DNA of 64,000 nucleotides from a virus (Duplodnaviria; Caudoviricetes): IMG/VR virus record IMGVR_UViG_2974692648_000001, positions 128,001 to 192,000 of that record; one strand, 5' to 3'. Shown piece by piece: positions 30,924 to 41,132 of this stretch (position 1 is its first letter; each line of letters starts with the position of its first letter). The notes under the pieces were generated by a model. It saw only the letters and a program-made list of their open reading frames with translations, ran no database searches and was not told where the DNA came from. The position numbers and the translations under genes were made by a program.

Positions 30924-32354
30924 ATGAAACCGACTAACGTTTCTTTATTAAACCCAAGCAAGATAGCTTGGTCGCTGATGAGACCCGTGTCCTCAGCGGA
31001 TGTAAACGAGGGTTCTTCTACCAGTCTGCACCCAGACGGGTTGTATTCGGTAGAAACCTTCGGACGAGTTGGTAGTGCGGAACGTGATCGTAAGTTATCT
31101 TACATTGACGTAAAACTACCTATCTTTAACCCTACGTATTTCAAGGCCATGATTACACTCAAATCTTTATACTTGGGTATAATCAAAGGGACGGAATACG
31201 CCGTCTGGGATAGTGAGACTAAAGACTTCATAAAATCCAACTTGTTGGATGGAGAAACCGGTTACAGTTTCTTTATGCGTTACTTCAATGAGTTAGAACC
31301 GAAGTTAACGGAATCTTTCCGACGTAAAAAGAAAATCGAACTATTCCACACCTACCGACCTCAAGCACTTTGTAATAAAGTCATTGTTATTCCGGCAGGT
31401 TTGCGTGACGTGCAGTTTTCCCCAGATGGTCGTACCATTGAACCTGAGATCAACGAATACTACCGTAAGTTGTTGTTCCGAACCAAGGCAGTAGTGGTCG
31501 GTGAAGGGGAAGAAGATTCTCCGGTTTACGATAACTTGCGTTGGGGCGCGCAATCTAACTTCAACGACATCGATACTTATATCCAAGGATTGATGAAAGG
31601 TAAAACCGGTTTCTGGCAGAAGCGGGTTGCAACTCGTGGTGTAGTTGGTGGTACTCGTAACGTTATTTCGGCTCGTCATGTTTCTGTGGAAGACGCGGAT
31701 GCACCGAACAACGTCGACGTCAATACCACGGACATTGGTTTATACCAAGCTATGTTGGAGTTCCAGTACACTTGTCGTTACGGGATGTTAAATGGTTGGG
31801 TTCAGAACGTCTTCACCATTGGTTCTAACTTAGCTAAGCTGGTTAACCCTAAAACCTTTGAATACGAGTATAAGGAAGTCGACACTAAAGTAGTCGATAA
31901 ATGGATGACACCGGAAGGACTCACTCGTCTATTTAACGGATTTAAAGACAGTCACCTACGAGCTAAACCTATCATGATTGAAGGACTCTACATGGGTCTT
32001 ATTTACGATGATGGTGAAACAGTTAAAATCGTTGGTGATAAGTCTGAGATTGGTGATCGTGACGTCAAGCACTTGCGTCCTCTGACTTACATGGAGTTGT
32101 TCTACATTAGCTGTGGTAACTTGATTGAATCCAGAATGAGTCAAATCACACGTTACCCTATTACTGGTGTGGGTTCCATATACCCGTCTAAAATCAACCT
32201 CCGCACTACGATTCAGTCCAAACCTCGTATTCTCCTAGATGAATTCTGGGAAGAAGACAAACGTCTAAACAACTACCCTATTTTAACAGGTCGACCGAGT
32301 TACTTTGATGCCATGTCAGTTGACGGTTCTAGACTAGAACGTCTGGGTGGTGAC
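30924..32354 (+). CDS. virion RNA polymerase beta' N-terminal subunit (phiKZ gp180-like), exon 1
   Basis: DGLYSVETFG, VIPAGLRD, GKTGF, GTRNVIS and RYP motifs; ends LGGD, the first Asp of DxDGD. Confidence 0.9.
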
Positions 32355-34074
32355 TAAGGAATTAGTGTCAAGTCCTTACCTAACTTATTTTATAACAAAC
32401 GTTAAAATAAGGAGCTGGTAATGGAAGTGAATTTTAAATTTAATGCGCGTGAATATACTTTAAAAGATGATTTGAATTTATATCGTGAAAATAAAGAAGT
32501 GGTTTTATTTGAAGACCTTTCCGAAGGAACCTTTTTCATTGAATCAGGTGTGAAGGTGTTTTTAGGTAAAGCAATCATGGAATATTGGAATAGGTGTTAT
32601 TTACCTAGAGAGTACTGGGATAAGATGAAAGTTGTCTTTAAAGACAAAGATAAACTGAACTTTACCCCCACTAACCTTTTTCCGTACTATAAAGAAAAAA
32701 TAGAACACCCAAGTATAAAGGGTTTTTACTTTATCCCTGGGGAAGAGTTAAATGTCATTAACTCTAAAGGTGAAGTTTACCAGCTTAAGAAAGATCGGTA
32801 CCGTTTACCCTATCTTGGTAAGGAAGGTGAAGATAATTCTAATTTTTACCCTTTTACGAGATGTGATGTTGTTAATAAAGATAATAGGTTATTGACACAC
32901 CGTTTAATAGGGTTGACATTCTGCGACCCACCTGAAGATTACCCAAACATGCACGTCGATCACAAAAATGGTGACAAACAAGATTTCTCCCAACTTAACC
33001 TGCAATGGTTGACCCCATATGAGAATATGATGAAAGGTGCGTATAAGGATGGAAATAATAAACAGGTTATTTCTGTTGATGTTTATGATAAGTTAACAAA
33101 AAACTCATCTTCTTATCCGAGTCTTTCTAACTTTGCAAACGTGTTAGGAGTAAATCCCACTTGTGTAATAAACGCTTTCAATACCCCTAATAAGACTTAT
33201 AAAGGGAGGTACGTTATCAAGGCGACTTCCGATAACACAACCTTTGAAGAATTGTTAGATTTAAAGAAAGTTAAGTACACTAACTTTGAAAGCATGAATT
33301 TAAAAACCGGTGAAGTTTTTAAATGGCGAAACGTCGACGAGTTTATAAAAAATAACGGTGGGGGGAGAGGAACGATACGAAAGGTTTTGGAGAACAAGAC
33401 TTCCGGAATTGTGCAGTGGCATATCTTTAGAAAACCGGGTGACTCATGGAACACACCTACCGACTACGACAAAGAAATTTATCGTAGGGGGTTGCAACCC
33501 ACGACAAAGGTCTATGAAATACAGGACCTTGCAAAAAATAAAACCCACATCTGTTATGGTAAAAAAGAATTAATCCAAATCATCCCTGATATAAATTCTA
33601 GAACTATTACCTTCGTAGTTCGAGAAAAGAGAAAGTATAAACAACGTTATTTAATTAAAACCTTGAACTAATTCAAGTCCCATTAGGCACGAAAGTCCTA
33701 GACCGTTTTCTCTTGAATTGCTGGGATGTCCACAAAAGCTTACAACCAAAGGGTGGCCTGAAAGGGCTCACACAACGACCTGAGGGTGTCGAAAGACAGA
33801 AACAATAGTAAGCCTGCTCTATGCTAACCAATAACGCTAAGGAGTGTATACAAGGGACGATCAGCAGCTACGCTTCCTAAGGGGATAACCTATGGAGCAA
33901 GTTCAACGACTAGGGCCTTGCCAGCCTGTACCTACTAGCAGAGTTTAGTGGGGAAGTGTGAGAATACCTAAGTCCTTATGGATATGGTAAAGATATAGTC
34001 TGTTCCCAGTTTAAGAGACAGGGCGGGTGTCTGAGCACACCGGCTACCTAAGCGATTAGGTGGTGGACAATAAG
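32355..34074 (+). ncRNA. group I intron (IA-like, with P7.1/P7.2) carrying an HNH ORF in the P1 region
   Basis: P AATTGCTGGGA 33716, Q GATCAGCAGC 33859, R GTTCAACGACTAG 33901, S AAGATATAGTC 33990; P9 hairpins; probable omega-G at 34074. Confidence 0.9.
32421..33671 (+). CDS. intron-encoded HNH homing endonuclease
   Basis: HRLIGLTF...HVDHKNGDKQD...NLQWLT..EN; C-terminal NUMOD/IENR-like repeats; AT-richer than flanks; AAGGAG RBS. Confidence 0.9.
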   Translation: MEVNFKFNAREYTLKDDLNLYRENKEVVLFEDLSEGTFFIESGVKVFLGKAIMEYWNRCYLPREYWDKMKVVFKDKDKLNFTPTNLFPYYKEKIEHPSIKGFYFIPGEELNVINSKGEVYQLKKDRYRLPYLGKEGEDNSNFYPFTRCDVVNKDNRLLTHRLIGLTFCDPPEDYPNMHVDHKNGDKQDFSQLNLQWLTPYENMMKGAYKDGNNKQVISVDVYDKLTKNSSSYPSLSNFANVLGVNPTCVINAFNTPNKTYKGRYVIKATSDNTTFEELLDLKKVKYTNFESMNLKTGEVFKWRNVDEFIKNNGGGRGTIRKVLENKTSGIVQWHIFRKPGDSWNTPTDYDKEIYRRGLQPTTKVYEIQDLAKNKTHICYGKKELIQIIPDINSRTITFVVREKRKYKQRYLIKTLN

Positions 34075-34239
34075 CAACTTAACAGTAACGGTATCGAGGC
34101 CGAAGATTCCATCAAACAAGCTTTAAAGCGTATGGGTGAACGTAGTTACTATATCACTGGTACAGGGTCATTTTTATATGAACCTATTGTTGAGCCTCAC
34201 GAATTCTTATTACGCGCTCTAACTAGCGGCTTGGAGTAA
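34075..34239 (+). CDS. vRNAP beta'-N 3' exon (54 aa)
   Basis: Open frame QLNSNGIEAEDSIKQ...LTSGLE* directly after the intron, ending 2 nt before the next ATG. Confidence 0.75.
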   Translation, partial: QLNSNGIEAEDSIKQALKRMGERSYYITGTGSFLYEPIVEPHEFLLRALTSGLE

Positions 34240-34241
34240 AC

Positions 34242-37200
34242 ATGCAAGACCAACAACCTTTTTACTTAGGTGAAGAGATCGATGGATTAGAAGCCATGTA
34301 TCCTTTGTTTTTCAAAGAGTACGTACTTCGACGTAAAAATGATTTAACAAATCCAGCGTTCCACTCCTTAAGTGATATTGAACTCCCACGAGATTCAATC
34401 CTTTTTTACTACCCTAAACACACTAATGACTTAGGTCCCAGCAACCACGAACCTCTGATTAATAATTATCCGGATATTGTCAACATCGGGTTTGATAGTC
34501 ATTATGTGATTGAATCAGGTAAGGCGCGTCCGGCACCACTGGATGAGCGTAAACAAATCCAGAAATATCGTAACGGACACTATCGTTACAAATACGCACG
34601 CAACATTAAAACTCCTATGGGGCGTTCTAAGGAACTCGTGGTTATTAACAACGCTTTGGGTGTGTTAAAGTGGAACTACGTCCCTAACCGCTTCCTGGCC
34701 TTTGATAAAAGCTATAACCAGTTAGCGAGTCTGCTGGACGTAGTTAACCAAAATGCGGAAGGTAATAAACGACAACTATTCTTCCGAATGGAGTTACCTA
34801 ACCAAGTTCCTATCTTTACTAAGTTTACTGAGTACTTCCGACATTACGAGAAATGCTTCGAACTTAATAAAGAAGGAGAATTAGAGTTCACTGGTCCTAA
34901 CGACCAAGCTATTCGAGATTTAAAACGCACAGGGGCTTTCTGGTTGTTAGACTGGTTTGCTTGGCTGAGTGGTAAATACGAATACTCTTTGTTCAACCGT
35001 CTTAGTGATGACGCGTTGGAGCGTCTCAATATCGTGTTCACTAAACACGGTAAAGCGGTTATCCTGAAGCCTGGCTTATTACGTTCTTGGTTAGATGAAT
35101 TAAACAAGACCGTAAAGGTTGACGGAGAAGAACAAATCGATTACAATACCTCTCAGCGACAAAACGCTGTGAAACGTACTTTAGCAGTGTTCATGAGGAT
35201 GATCGCTCAAGCTAACGTAGAGGAGGTAGAACAACATGACGATGACACAACGTCTAAAGAGGCTAATACAAAAGAAAACGGGGATGGACCGATCGGGTCA
35301 CATGAATCCGAAGAAGAAGAACTTGGTGAGGAGATTGCCGACCTGGATTCTGCTGATGATTCTGATTTGTTCAATGATTTTCTCAATGGACGTAAAACTG
35401 ACGTTGATGGACTTCCTGGACAGTCAGGAGAAGAACCAAGCGGAGGTGGTTCAGGATCAGATTCAGAAACAACTGGATCTCAAGAAACTATCGAAAGCTG
35501 GACCGATGAATTAGACGACGCTGAGTTTGTGACTGAGGAGGTTCTTCAGCCAACCAGTCACAGCCGCATGGTGGATGAATCTCCGGAAGCCGGGATCCGA
35601 CGTGCCATTGAACGCAAGGCACGCGATGGTCAGTTAACTAAGTCACAGCAAGACTTCTTCTTACGTCAAGCGGAGCGCTATAAAGATCTCGCCATGCCTA
35701 ATGGTCAGACCTTAGAAGAGTTCATGCGTATTGATGAAGAGATGTTACGTAACTTACCAAGTAAAGTTGCACCAGAGATGGTCGGTGTTCAGGATACCTC
35801 TTATCTTGAATCTACCGTAGCGCACTTGAAGAAAGGTTACGTAGAACATTTCATGATGCGTGATATGGTGAAAGCCATCATCGCTGTACAACAAGCTGGT
35901 ATTTGTGTAACTAACTTTGAACAAGAAACCATACATAATGTCGACGGAACGTATGATGTGTTTAAAGTTCAATTCCACCCAGTTGGAGGTAAACCGGTTA
36001 CTCGTTCGTTCCGTATTGCTCGGGTCGATAAAGACGGTACCTTCACAGTAGACGGTAAAAAACGCACTAAAGCTTTACAGCGTATGGACTTACCTATCCG
36101 TAAGATGGATGACTACCGAGTGGGTCTGAACTCTTACTATGGTCGTAAGTTGATCATTAGTCGTTCTAAGATGGCTGCTGACGACTACGGACTTTGGTTA
36201 TCTAAACAAGTCCGTAAACGTGCACTGAAGGATGACTTTGAGTTATTCGTGGGTAACACTTACAGTAATCAATATGCGCTTCCTCGTACCTTTACCGCAT
36301 TGTCTCGTCGTTTTAAAGGAATTAAAACTAAAGATGTCGAGTTCGTGTTTGACGTCAAAGAGATCGTTAAACGTGATCCTACTTTGGAATCAAAGATGAC
36401 GGCTACTTCAGCAGTCATTGGCTTTAAAGGTAAGACTCCAGTGGTGATTGATGAGTACGGTAACTTGAAAGCTGGTAAGGAGGGCCTAGGTCCTATCGAA
36501 GCTTATTTGGGTATCGATATTCAGAAAGCACCGATGGATACCGCAAACGTAAACATCAACGGCTATCGCTTCCCAATGGGTGTGGTGCTAAGTTACTACT
36601 TTGGTTTCGATGAGTTACTGAAGATCCTTAAGGTCGAACCTAAAGTGATCCCAGGCGGAGTTCGAGTTAAGTTGGAATCCGATGAGTTCGCTTTACGTTG
36701 TGCTGACGAAACGCTGGTATTTAATCGACGTGACCCAATGACTTCATTGGTGTTTGGTGGTATGAGTAAGTTAAATAACTTACATTCCTTTAACCGAGTG
36801 GATATGAACGACCCTGGCATCTGGGTAACGGCTATCGACAACCCTAAGGTAAAACCATCTCACTTCCAAGAGATGACCAACATGTTCGACATGTTCATCG
36901 ACCCTATTACGCGAGATGAACTAAAACGTTTAGGTCACGCTACTAGCTTTGATTATTTGTTGATTGAAGCGACAGAGATGTTGCGTACCGAACAACACGA
37001 ACATGAAGTCGAAATCAAGGAACAACGATTCATCGGTTACGAATCTTTTGCTGGTTCTATCTATCATCAGATGACCTCATCTGCTCGCCAGTACTGGGGT
37101 AAAGCGATGGACGGTCGAGCTACGTTTGACCTCAACCCTGAATCGGTGATGATGGAAGCGTGCCTGAAAGATACGTCTGTTGATATGGTTCAAGAAGTTA

Positions 37201-38603
37201 ACCCGGTTCATGAACTTAAGGAACAGGAAACAGTAACCTTTGGTGGTAACAACGGTCGTAACGATGTATCCATGGTTCGTCGGACTCGTGGTCAGTTGCC
37301 AACTTACAAAGGTGTGATTTCGGAAGCAGGTAAAGACTCGAGCAAAGTCGGTTACGTAACTTATACTACTTCAAACCCTAAGATCACGGATTTCCGTGGT
37401 AACGTAGATTTAAGTCGTGACGTAGGTAATGCCGGTCTAGGCTCTGTGACTATGAACCTGATGCCGGGTGCGAACAAGGATGACCCTAAACGTACGTTAT
37501 TCTCAGGAGTTCAGCACTCACAGGGAACTAGTGCCGTTAACTACACACCTAACATCATGCGCTCTCCTTATGACCTTGTAGTCGCTCACCGTACTTCAGA
37601 ACTCTACTCTAAACCTGCTAAGCAAAACGGTAAGGTTTTAGAGGTGACTTCGGAAGGTATGAAAATCGAGTACGAAGATGGTACCATCGACACTTATCCA
37701 TTAGGGATTAAGTTAGGGGATGCGGCTGGTGAAGTTCACCGACATAACCGTGTCACTGATTTAGTTGCCGGGGATACGTTCAAGGCGGGAGAAATCCTTG
37801 GTTGGGATGAGGTTTATTTCCAACGAGATATGGTTAACCCTCGTCAAGTGGTTTGGAAGTGTGGGGTGATGACACGCATTGCTCTTATTGAGAACCAGTT
37901 CACGTTCGAGGACTCTATCGAAATCTCTAAAGAGTTTGCAGAAGAAACTAAAACGTCGTACATCTTGGGTAATAAGTTCTACTTAGGTTTTGACCAAGGT
38001 CTGAAGATGCACGTGGATATTGGTGATGAAGTAGACTACGATACGATTTTATGTCACATCGAGGATGCGTCCTTGGTTGGTGTAGAAGAAGATCCTGAAG
38101 ATGATTTCGGTGTTCTGGACCGAATGGGCACTCGTCAAGAGAAAAGTAACCATCATGGTAAAGTGGTGAAAATCGACGTTCGTTATAACGGTAACTTAGA
38201 AGACATGTCAGAACCATTGCGTAAGTTTGTGGCTAAACACGATCGACTACGTAAGCGTTCAGCAGCAATTACTGGAGATGGTATCGTGAGCGGCAACGTT
38301 GCAGGTGGTCGTGGTATGCGTGAATCTCTTGAACCGGGACAAGTCTCTATTGAAGTCTTTGTAGAAGAATTCATCGAAACGTCTACTGTTGATAAGTTCG
38401 TTATCGGTAACCAGATGAAAGGTACGGTTGGGAACATCTTCCCTAACGAGTACTTTACCAAAGATGGACGTAAAATCCAAATACTGTTCTCTTTCAAATC
38501 CCTGTTCAACCGAATGGTACTGAGCCTTCGTGACAAACTAGTGACTAACGAATTGGTCGCTCACTCAACAAAACAAATGATCGATATCTATCGAGGTAAT
38601 TAA
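34242..38603 (+). CDS. virion RNA polymerase beta N-terminal subunit (phiKZ gp178-like)
   Basis: 1453 aa; FTVDG, SEAGKDSSKVG, DDPKR, TFEDS and DKF..GNQMKG RpoB-like motifs. Confidence 0.92.
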   Translation: MQDQQPFYLGEEIDGLEAMYPLFFKEYVLRRKNDLTNPAFHSLSDIELPRDSILFYYPKHTNDLGPSNHEPLINNYPDIVNIGFDSHYVIESGKARPAPLDERKQIQKYRNGHYRYKYARNIKTPMGRSKELVVINNALGVLKWNYVPNRFLAFDKSYNQLASLLDVVNQNAEGNKRQLFFRMELPNQVPIFTKFTEYFRHYEKCFELNKEGELEFTGPNDQAIRDLKRTGAFWLLDWFAWLSGKYEYSLFNRLSDDALERLNIVFTKHGKAVILKPGLLRSWLDELNKTVKVDGEEQIDYNTSQRQNAVKRTLAVFMRMIAQANVEEVEQHDDDTTSKEANTKENGDGPIGSHESEEEELGEEIADLDSADDSDLFNDFLNGRKTDVDGLPGQSGEEPSGGGSGSDSETTGSQETIESWTDELDDAEFVTEEVLQPTSHSRMVDESPEAGIRRAIERKARDGQLTKSQQDFFLRQAERYKDLAMPNGQTLEEFMRIDEEMLRNLPSKVAPEMVGVQDTSYLESTVAHLKKGYVEHFMMRDMVKAIIAVQQAGICVTNFEQETIHNVDGTYDVFKVQFHPVGGKPVTRSFRIARVDKDGTFTVDGKKRTKALQRMDLPIRKMDDYRVGLNSYYGRKLIISRSKMAADDYGLWLSKQVRKRALKDDFELFVGNTYSNQYALPRTFTALSRRFKGIKTKDVEFVFDVKEIVKRDPTLESKMTATSAVIGFKGKTPVVIDEYGNLKAGKEGLGPIEAYLGIDIQKAPMDTANVNINGYRFPMGVVLSYYFGFDELLKILKVEPKVIPGGVRVKLESDEFALRCADETLVFNRRDPMTSLVFGGMSKLNNLHSFNRVDMNDPGIWVTAIDNPKVKPSHFQEMTNMFDMFIDPITRDELKRLGHATSFDYLLIEATEMLRTEQHEHEVEIKEQRFIGYESFAGSIYHQMTSSARQYWGKAMDGRATFDLNPESVMMEACLKDTSVDMVQEVNPVHELKEQETVTFGGNNGRNDVSMVRRTRGQLPTYKGVISEAGKDSSKVGYVTYTTSNPKITDFRGNVDLSRDVGNAGLGSVTMNLMPGANKDDPKRTLFSGVQHSQGTSAVNYTPNIMRSPYDLVVAHRTSELYSKPAKQNGKVLEVTSEGMKIEYEDGTIDTYPLGIKLGDAAGEVHRHNRVTDLVAGDTFKAGEILGWDEVYFQRDMVNPRQVVWKCGVMTRIALIENQFTFEDSIEISKEFAEETKTSYILGNKFYLGFDQGLKMHVDIGDEVDYDTILCHIEDASLVGVEEDPEDDFGVLDRMGTRQEKSNHHGKVVKIDVRYNGNLEDMSEPLRKFVAKHDRLRKRSAAITGDGIVSGNVAGGRGMRESLEPGQVSIEVFVEEFIETSTVDKFVIGNQMKGTVGNIFPNEYFTKDGRKIQILFSFKSLFNRMVLSLRDKLVTNELVAHSTKQMIDIYRGN

Positions 38604-38604
38604 A

Positions 38605-39459
38605 ATGTCATTCGCGTTAATTGGCGCTGTAAAACGTATCCAGTTAGGTTGTTTAATCGCTGGCACGTACAACAGCAGTATTGACGGCATTTGGGGTAAG
38701 GGTAGCCATACGGCTGCCCTTGGTCTTTTTAATGTCGTTTCAAGTAAAGAAGAATTAGTGGATATCCCGGCATGGTCAAAAGCCATTGACGTAGTTAAAG
38801 GGTTCCAACGTAATGCTCAACTAACAGGCTTTTACATTGGTCGTGTTGACGGTATCTGGGGCAAAGGCAGTCAAGCAGCCTTAGATAACTTAGTCCTAGC
38901 CAGTCGTCGTTTTAACGGTCAACCTGATTTAGATCTGGCATGGTCTGAACGTGTTTGTCCTGAATTCACCCGCATTGTTAAAGAGTGGGTTGAGGCTCGA
39001 GGTTACGAACACCATGTTGGTGACTACGTGATGTCGATTATGGCGTTTGAGTCAGGTCGTACATTCGATCCTTCTATCCAGAACCAGGGTGGAAGTAATG
39101 CCTTTGGTTTAATTCAGTTCATGGCACCAGCTGCGCAAGACCTAGGATACAAATTAGATGAGATCCGCAACATGGGTCAAATCGAACAACTAGAGAAATG
39201 CGTGTTACCTTACTTCGACATGCGTGCCCGCCGTAAACCTATGCGTAATTTAGAAGACTTTTACTTGAGTGTTCTCTATCCGGCTTATGTGGGTAAAGCG
39301 TTAGATGAAGTTTTATTCCAAGAAGGTAGCGTAGGTTATCGCCAGAACCGTGGTTTGGACAAAAACAAAGACGGCAATATTCTAGTGGGTGAGATCGCCG
39401 AAACGATCTACCGCATGTATTACGAAGGCATGAAGCCTAAGAACCGGAGCATCATTTAA
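38605..39459 (+). CDS. modular endolysin: two PG-binding repeats plus SLT/lysozyme-like domain
   Basis: DGIWGKGS twice; MAFES...AFGLIQFM; LDKNKDG. Confidence 0.85.
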   Translation: MSFALIGAVKRIQLGCLIAGTYNSSIDGIWGKGSHTAALGLFNVVSSKEELVDIPAWSKAIDVVKGFQRNAQLTGFYIGRVDGIWGKGSQAALDNLVLASRRFNGQPDLDLAWSERVCPEFTRIVKEWVEARGYEHHVGDYVMSIMAFESGRTFDPSIQNQGGSNAFGLIQFMAPAAQDLGYKLDEIRNMGQIEQLEKCVLPYFDMRARRKPMRNLEDFYLSVLYPAYVGKALDEVLFQEGSVGYRQNRGLDKNKDGNILVGEIAETIYRMYYEGMKPKNRSII

Positions 39460-39620
39460 TGAATAAACCTGAACAATACGTTGAGGATGTTTTAGTTATT
39501 GCGAACATCCAAGAAGTAGCACGTGGTGTGCTAACTAAAATTGGTTTGGAAGTTCTTCCTCCTGTGGAAGATTCCAAGGTTGTTGAAATTGTTTCTAAAG
39601 CAATTAAAGAGGAAGCGTAA
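39459..39620 (+). CDS. small hypothetical protein (53 aa)
   Basis: Not in the track. TAATG-coupled with GGAG RBS; MNKPEQYVEDVL...KEEA* fills the gap exactly. Confidence 0.7.
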   Translation: MNKPEQYVEDVLVIANIQEVARGVLTKIGLEVLPPVEDSKVVEIVSKAIKEEA

Positions 39621-39622
39621 TC

Positions 39623-41116
39623 ATGATTAGTACTAACTCAGTCTTGGTGGCGGCTCCGATTGCTTTATCCCGTCAAGAAAAAGAACATTCTCTTTTAGAA
39701 CACACTGCTGACTTCATCCACTCTTTAGTGGAAGTGAGTACAGGTGGCACACCATTGACGCCAGAAAACTTAGTAAAGGAAGTACCGGCTGGCACTGGTG
39801 CTACAAGTGATCATACGCCGTTGCAGAACCAATCGGTTGACATGATCGCTGAAGGTGTTAATCGTGCGTTTACACAAATCCGTACTTACTTGCGTCCAAT
39901 GGATGCGGAAATCCGTGAAGGTGTTCATCGCATTTATACGCCAACTAGTGCTATCACTGCTGTACATAACAACTTGTTCATCAGCTACGTCGAACTAGAC
40001 CATCCGTTCTTTGACTCTAACTTCTTCCCAACTAAAACACCGGACACTGTTTTTGACTACGAAAACTTCGCAGCTAAAAACTTGAAGCAATGGTCGGACC
40101 GTTTCCCTGTATTGGATGAAGAAGGTGTTGCGAAGTTACTACAAACAGCAAGTGAAGACCTCCACGCTCAAGTCGATCTAGAGCGCGCCACCGAAGTCTA
40201 CAATGAGTGTTTCGTTACAGGCAATTGGGAATTGTTGTTTAACGTTAACAACGGAGTCTTTGAACTTGGTAATGTGCGAAAGAACGCGAGTAACCTAGCT
40301 CAAGCGTACATCATTGCTTCACGCCTTGATGTAGAAGAGAATGTACTGGAAGGTGTGAGTCGCATGACTCTGGACCAATACCGTGGTTATATCCACCAAA
40401 TCCTTTCAGTGACAACTCACGCCTTACAACGTCTTCGTCACAACAACCGTGAACTGGCAAAACTCAAGCTCCCTGTCCTAAAAGTGGATATGGCTGATCG
40501 AGTTTATGAATACGGTACCGTTTCTGGAGACTTGACAGTAGGTTTGACCGACGCGGCAATTGCTGAACTTGAAGCAACAGATACTACGTTATCTGAAGTG
40601 TTAGTGGGTTACGCCAAGGCTTGTTACGATAAAGGTGGTGCAGGTTCTTTACCACTACCGCTTTCTGACGTTCAAGGTTACGTCTCAATTTACCGTGAAT
40701 ACATCGGCATGGTGAAATCTAAGATCATCTCTGAATCGGAATCCCGTGTTAAACAGGTGGTTGAAAACGCCGTAGTGAACTTCCAGAAGAAACACGGTGA
40801 GCTCAGCGACCGCCTTAAAGGTACCGAAGGTGATCTACCTTACCGTCGTCTATACGACTCAGTAAAAGACGTAGCGGACACTTGGGTGGCTCAATACAAA
40901 GAACGTGTTGTTAACCAAAACGTTCCCGTTGACGAGTTCCTAGCGCGTCCTCAGTTATCCATTGCTGTGGCTCGTAAACTAGGTATGGTGTTGGCAGCGG
41001 ATATTCTAGAGCGATCTGTGGTCACTAACGATATGTCGTTAGAACAACAACGTGTCAAACTTGCCGAAGCAGTCACTGAGTGTATTGTTCGCCTGTGCCT
41101 AGGTCGTTACCTTTAA
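39623..41116 (+). CDS. virion structural protein (phiKZ gp177-like)
   Basis: 497 aa; synteny upstream of the gp176- and gp175-like genes. Confidence 0.6.
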   Translation: MISTNSVLVAAPIALSRQEKEHSLLEHTADFIHSLVEVSTGGTPLTPENLVKEVPAGTGATSDHTPLQNQSVDMIAEGVNRAFTQIRTYLRPMDAEIREGVHRIYTPTSAITAVHNNLFISYVELDHPFFDSNFFPTKTPDTVFDYENFAAKNLKQWSDRFPVLDEEGVAKLLQTASEDLHAQVDLERATEVYNECFVTGNWELLFNVNNGVFELGNVRKNASNLAQAYIIASRLDVEENVLEGVSRMTLDQYRGYIHQILSVTTHALQRLRHNNRELAKLKLPVLKVDMADRVYEYGTVSGDLTVGLTDAAIAELEATDTTLSEVLVGYAKACYDKGGAGSLPLPLSDVQGYVSIYREYIGMVKSKIISESESRVKQVVENAVVNFQKKHGELSDRLKGTEGDLPYRRLYDSVKDVADTWVAQYKERVVNQNVPVDEFLARPQLSIAVARKLGMVLAADILERSVVTNDMSLEQQRVKLAEAVTECIVRLCLGRYL

Positions 41117-41132
41117 TACAAGGACGGGATAG

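Noticed and set aside
32355-32357. Stop-codon readthrough or recoding at TAA to complete the RNAP motif
   Set aside because: Readthrough gives GISVKSL, not DGD, and TAA is the usual stop throughout the window.
32966-32999. ATGGTGAC and CAACTTAAC inside the HNH ORF resembling the exon junction
   Set aside because: These encode the HNH motif itself (NGD...QLN), give N rather than D, and lack splice-site context.
33780-33806. Hammerhead-like CTGAGGG-TGTC-GAAA-GACA-GAAAC inside the intron
   Set aside because: It lacks the invariant A9 and has no convincing stems I/III. It lies within the P5 extension (GCTTAC...GTAAGC) and is better explained as P5abc-like structure.
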